Shown one piece after another: positions 63,072 to 64,000 of a DNA stretch of 64,000 bases (position 1 is the stretch's first letter; each line of letters opens with the position of its first letter). A program made the translations under genes and the position numbers. The notes under the pieces are model-generated. The model searched no databases, was not told where the DNA came from, and worked only from the letters and a program-made list of their open reading frames with translations. Source of the DNA: Gammaproteobacteria bacterium (GTDB taxonomy: Bacteria; Pseudomonadota; Gammaproteobacteria; Ga0077536); NCBI GenBank assembly GCA_023257255.1, contig JALRCR010000002.1, forward strand, positions 5,000 to 68,999. Direction: 5' to 3'.

Positions 63072-63836
63072 TTGCGACGCTTTTCTGTCATTACGCTTTT
63101 CCCGGAGTTGATTACCGCTTTCGCTGGCGTTGGAATCGTCCGACGCGCCTGTGAGCGCAGCTTGATTGCCATTGAGAGCATCAACCCACGCCTGTACACA
63201 ACAGACGCCAGATCGTCGGTGGACGATAGTCCCTATGGTGGCGGTCCGGGTATGGTGATGAGTGTCTTGCCGCTCAGACGAGCCATCTCCGCCTTGCGCG
63301 CTGCCAGCGATGGCCAAGTTCACGTCGCCTATCTGAGCCCGCAGGGTAAGACAATTTCCCAGCAGACATTGCCAGAACTTGAGCGACCCGAGCACCTCTG
63401 CTTGCTCGCGGGGCGTTATGAAGGCGTGGACGAACGCCTGTTAGTGCGCGACGTCGATTCGGAATGGTCACTTGGGGACTTTGTGCTGTCCGGAGGCGAA
63501 ATAGCCGCGATGGCGGTGATTGATGCGCTGACGCGGCGCTTGCCCGGCGCACTCGGTGATGAGCGCTCGGCGAGCGAGGATTCCTTTGCCGACGGCCTGC
63601 TCGACTATCCGCATTACACCCGTCCAGAGGTGGTCGATGGGCAGGCGGTGCCGCCGGTACTGCTGAGCGGTAACCATGCGGAAATCGCGCGCTGGCGGCG
63701 ACAGCAGTCGCTTGGACGCACCTGGCTCAGACGCCCCGACCTGATCACGCTGGCGTGTCTCGACAAGACCGACCGCGCCTTGCTTGAGGCCTTCATCGAG
63801 GCGCTTCCTGCGGGTTCCAAAGGTGGGCATTCATAG
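63072..63836 (+). CDS. trmD: tRNA (guanine37-N1)-methyltransferase
   Basis: TTG 63072 follows the rimM stop and gives 'LRRFSVITLFPEL', the usual distance to the LFPE motif; ATG 63033 is the alternative. 'DDSPYGGGPGMVM', 'LLAGRYEGVDER', 'GDFVLSGGEIAAM'. Confidence 0.9.
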   Translation: MRRFSVITLFPELITAFAGVGIVRRACERSLIAIESINPRLYTTDARSSVDDSPYGGGPGMVMSVLPLRRAISALRAASDGQVHVAYLSPQGKTISQQTLPELERPEHLCLLAGRYEGVDERLLVRDVDSEWSLGDFVLSGGEIAAMAVIDALTRRLPGALGDERSASEDSFADGLLDYPHYTRPEVVDGQAVPPVLLSGNHAEIARWRRQQSLGRTWLRRPDLITLACLDKTDRALLEAFIEALPAGSKGGHS

Positions 63837-63882
63837 TTATCATGCCGGTCTTAACTGATTTCCCTGCCGGAGCGCGCTGACC

Positions 63883-64000
63883 ATGACCGATATCATCAAG
63901 GAACTCGAAGCCGAACTGCTCGAGAAAAAGATTCCCGCTTTTTCTCCGGGTGACACTGTGGTGGTGCAGGTCAGGGTGAAAGAAGGCAACCGCGAACGTC
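63883..64000 (+). CDS. rplS: 50S ribosomal protein L19, N-terminal fragment; 3' end lies outside the window
   Basis: ATG 63883. '[39 protein letters not shown]'. Confidence 0.9.
   Translation, partial: MTDIIKELEAELLEKKIPAFSPGDTVVVQVRVKEGNRER

Overview
High-GC chromosomal window (about two-thirds G+C by eye, not computed) from a Gammaproteobacteria-like genome. That assignment rests on synteny: mltD / yafS-like / rnhA / dnaQ; surE-pcm-nlpD-rpoS; metY-like tRNA-rimP-nusA-infB-rbfA-truB-rpsO-pnp; and rpsP-rimM-trmD-rplS. The right half (about 35-64 kb) is core housekeeping. It also holds argD-argF, adk, PBP1b with an LpoP-like lipoprotein, an Ala/Lys-repeat histone-H1-like gene, and an orphan FliK-like/FlhB-C-like pair. 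The left half (about 0-35 kb) is more accessory. It carries a four-gene exopolysaccharide-type operon, an aldehyde:ferredoxin oxidoreductase with a MoaD-like carrier and a dCache hybrid kinase, a paired acyl-CoA dehydrogenase, an mtoX (SBP56) - SCO1::MauG module, a COG1033 RND exporter, htpX, a NadM-Nudix gene, and an ArsM-like methyltransferase - apt - NRDE - EgtB string. No CRISPR array, rRNA, transposase, integrase or recognisable defence genes were seen. The best candidate for an undescribed system is the 3.4-9.4 kb minus-strand operon. It encodes a multi-zinc-ribbon / degenerate-GGDEF protein that keeps an RxxD I-site, a processive GT2 synthase, a TolC-like lipoprotein fused to a C-terminal TIM-barrel hydrolase-like domain, and a HlyD-type membrane fusion protein. 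There is no ABC or RND partner, so the synthase appears plugged into a tripartite-efflux scaffold. The second candidate is an NRDE/TANGO2-family protein starting Met-Cys that is translationally coupled to a stand-alone EgtB. Many long ORFs in the six-frame track are antisense shadows typical of high-GC DNA and were rejected. All functional calls come from motif recognition by eye; no database search was run.
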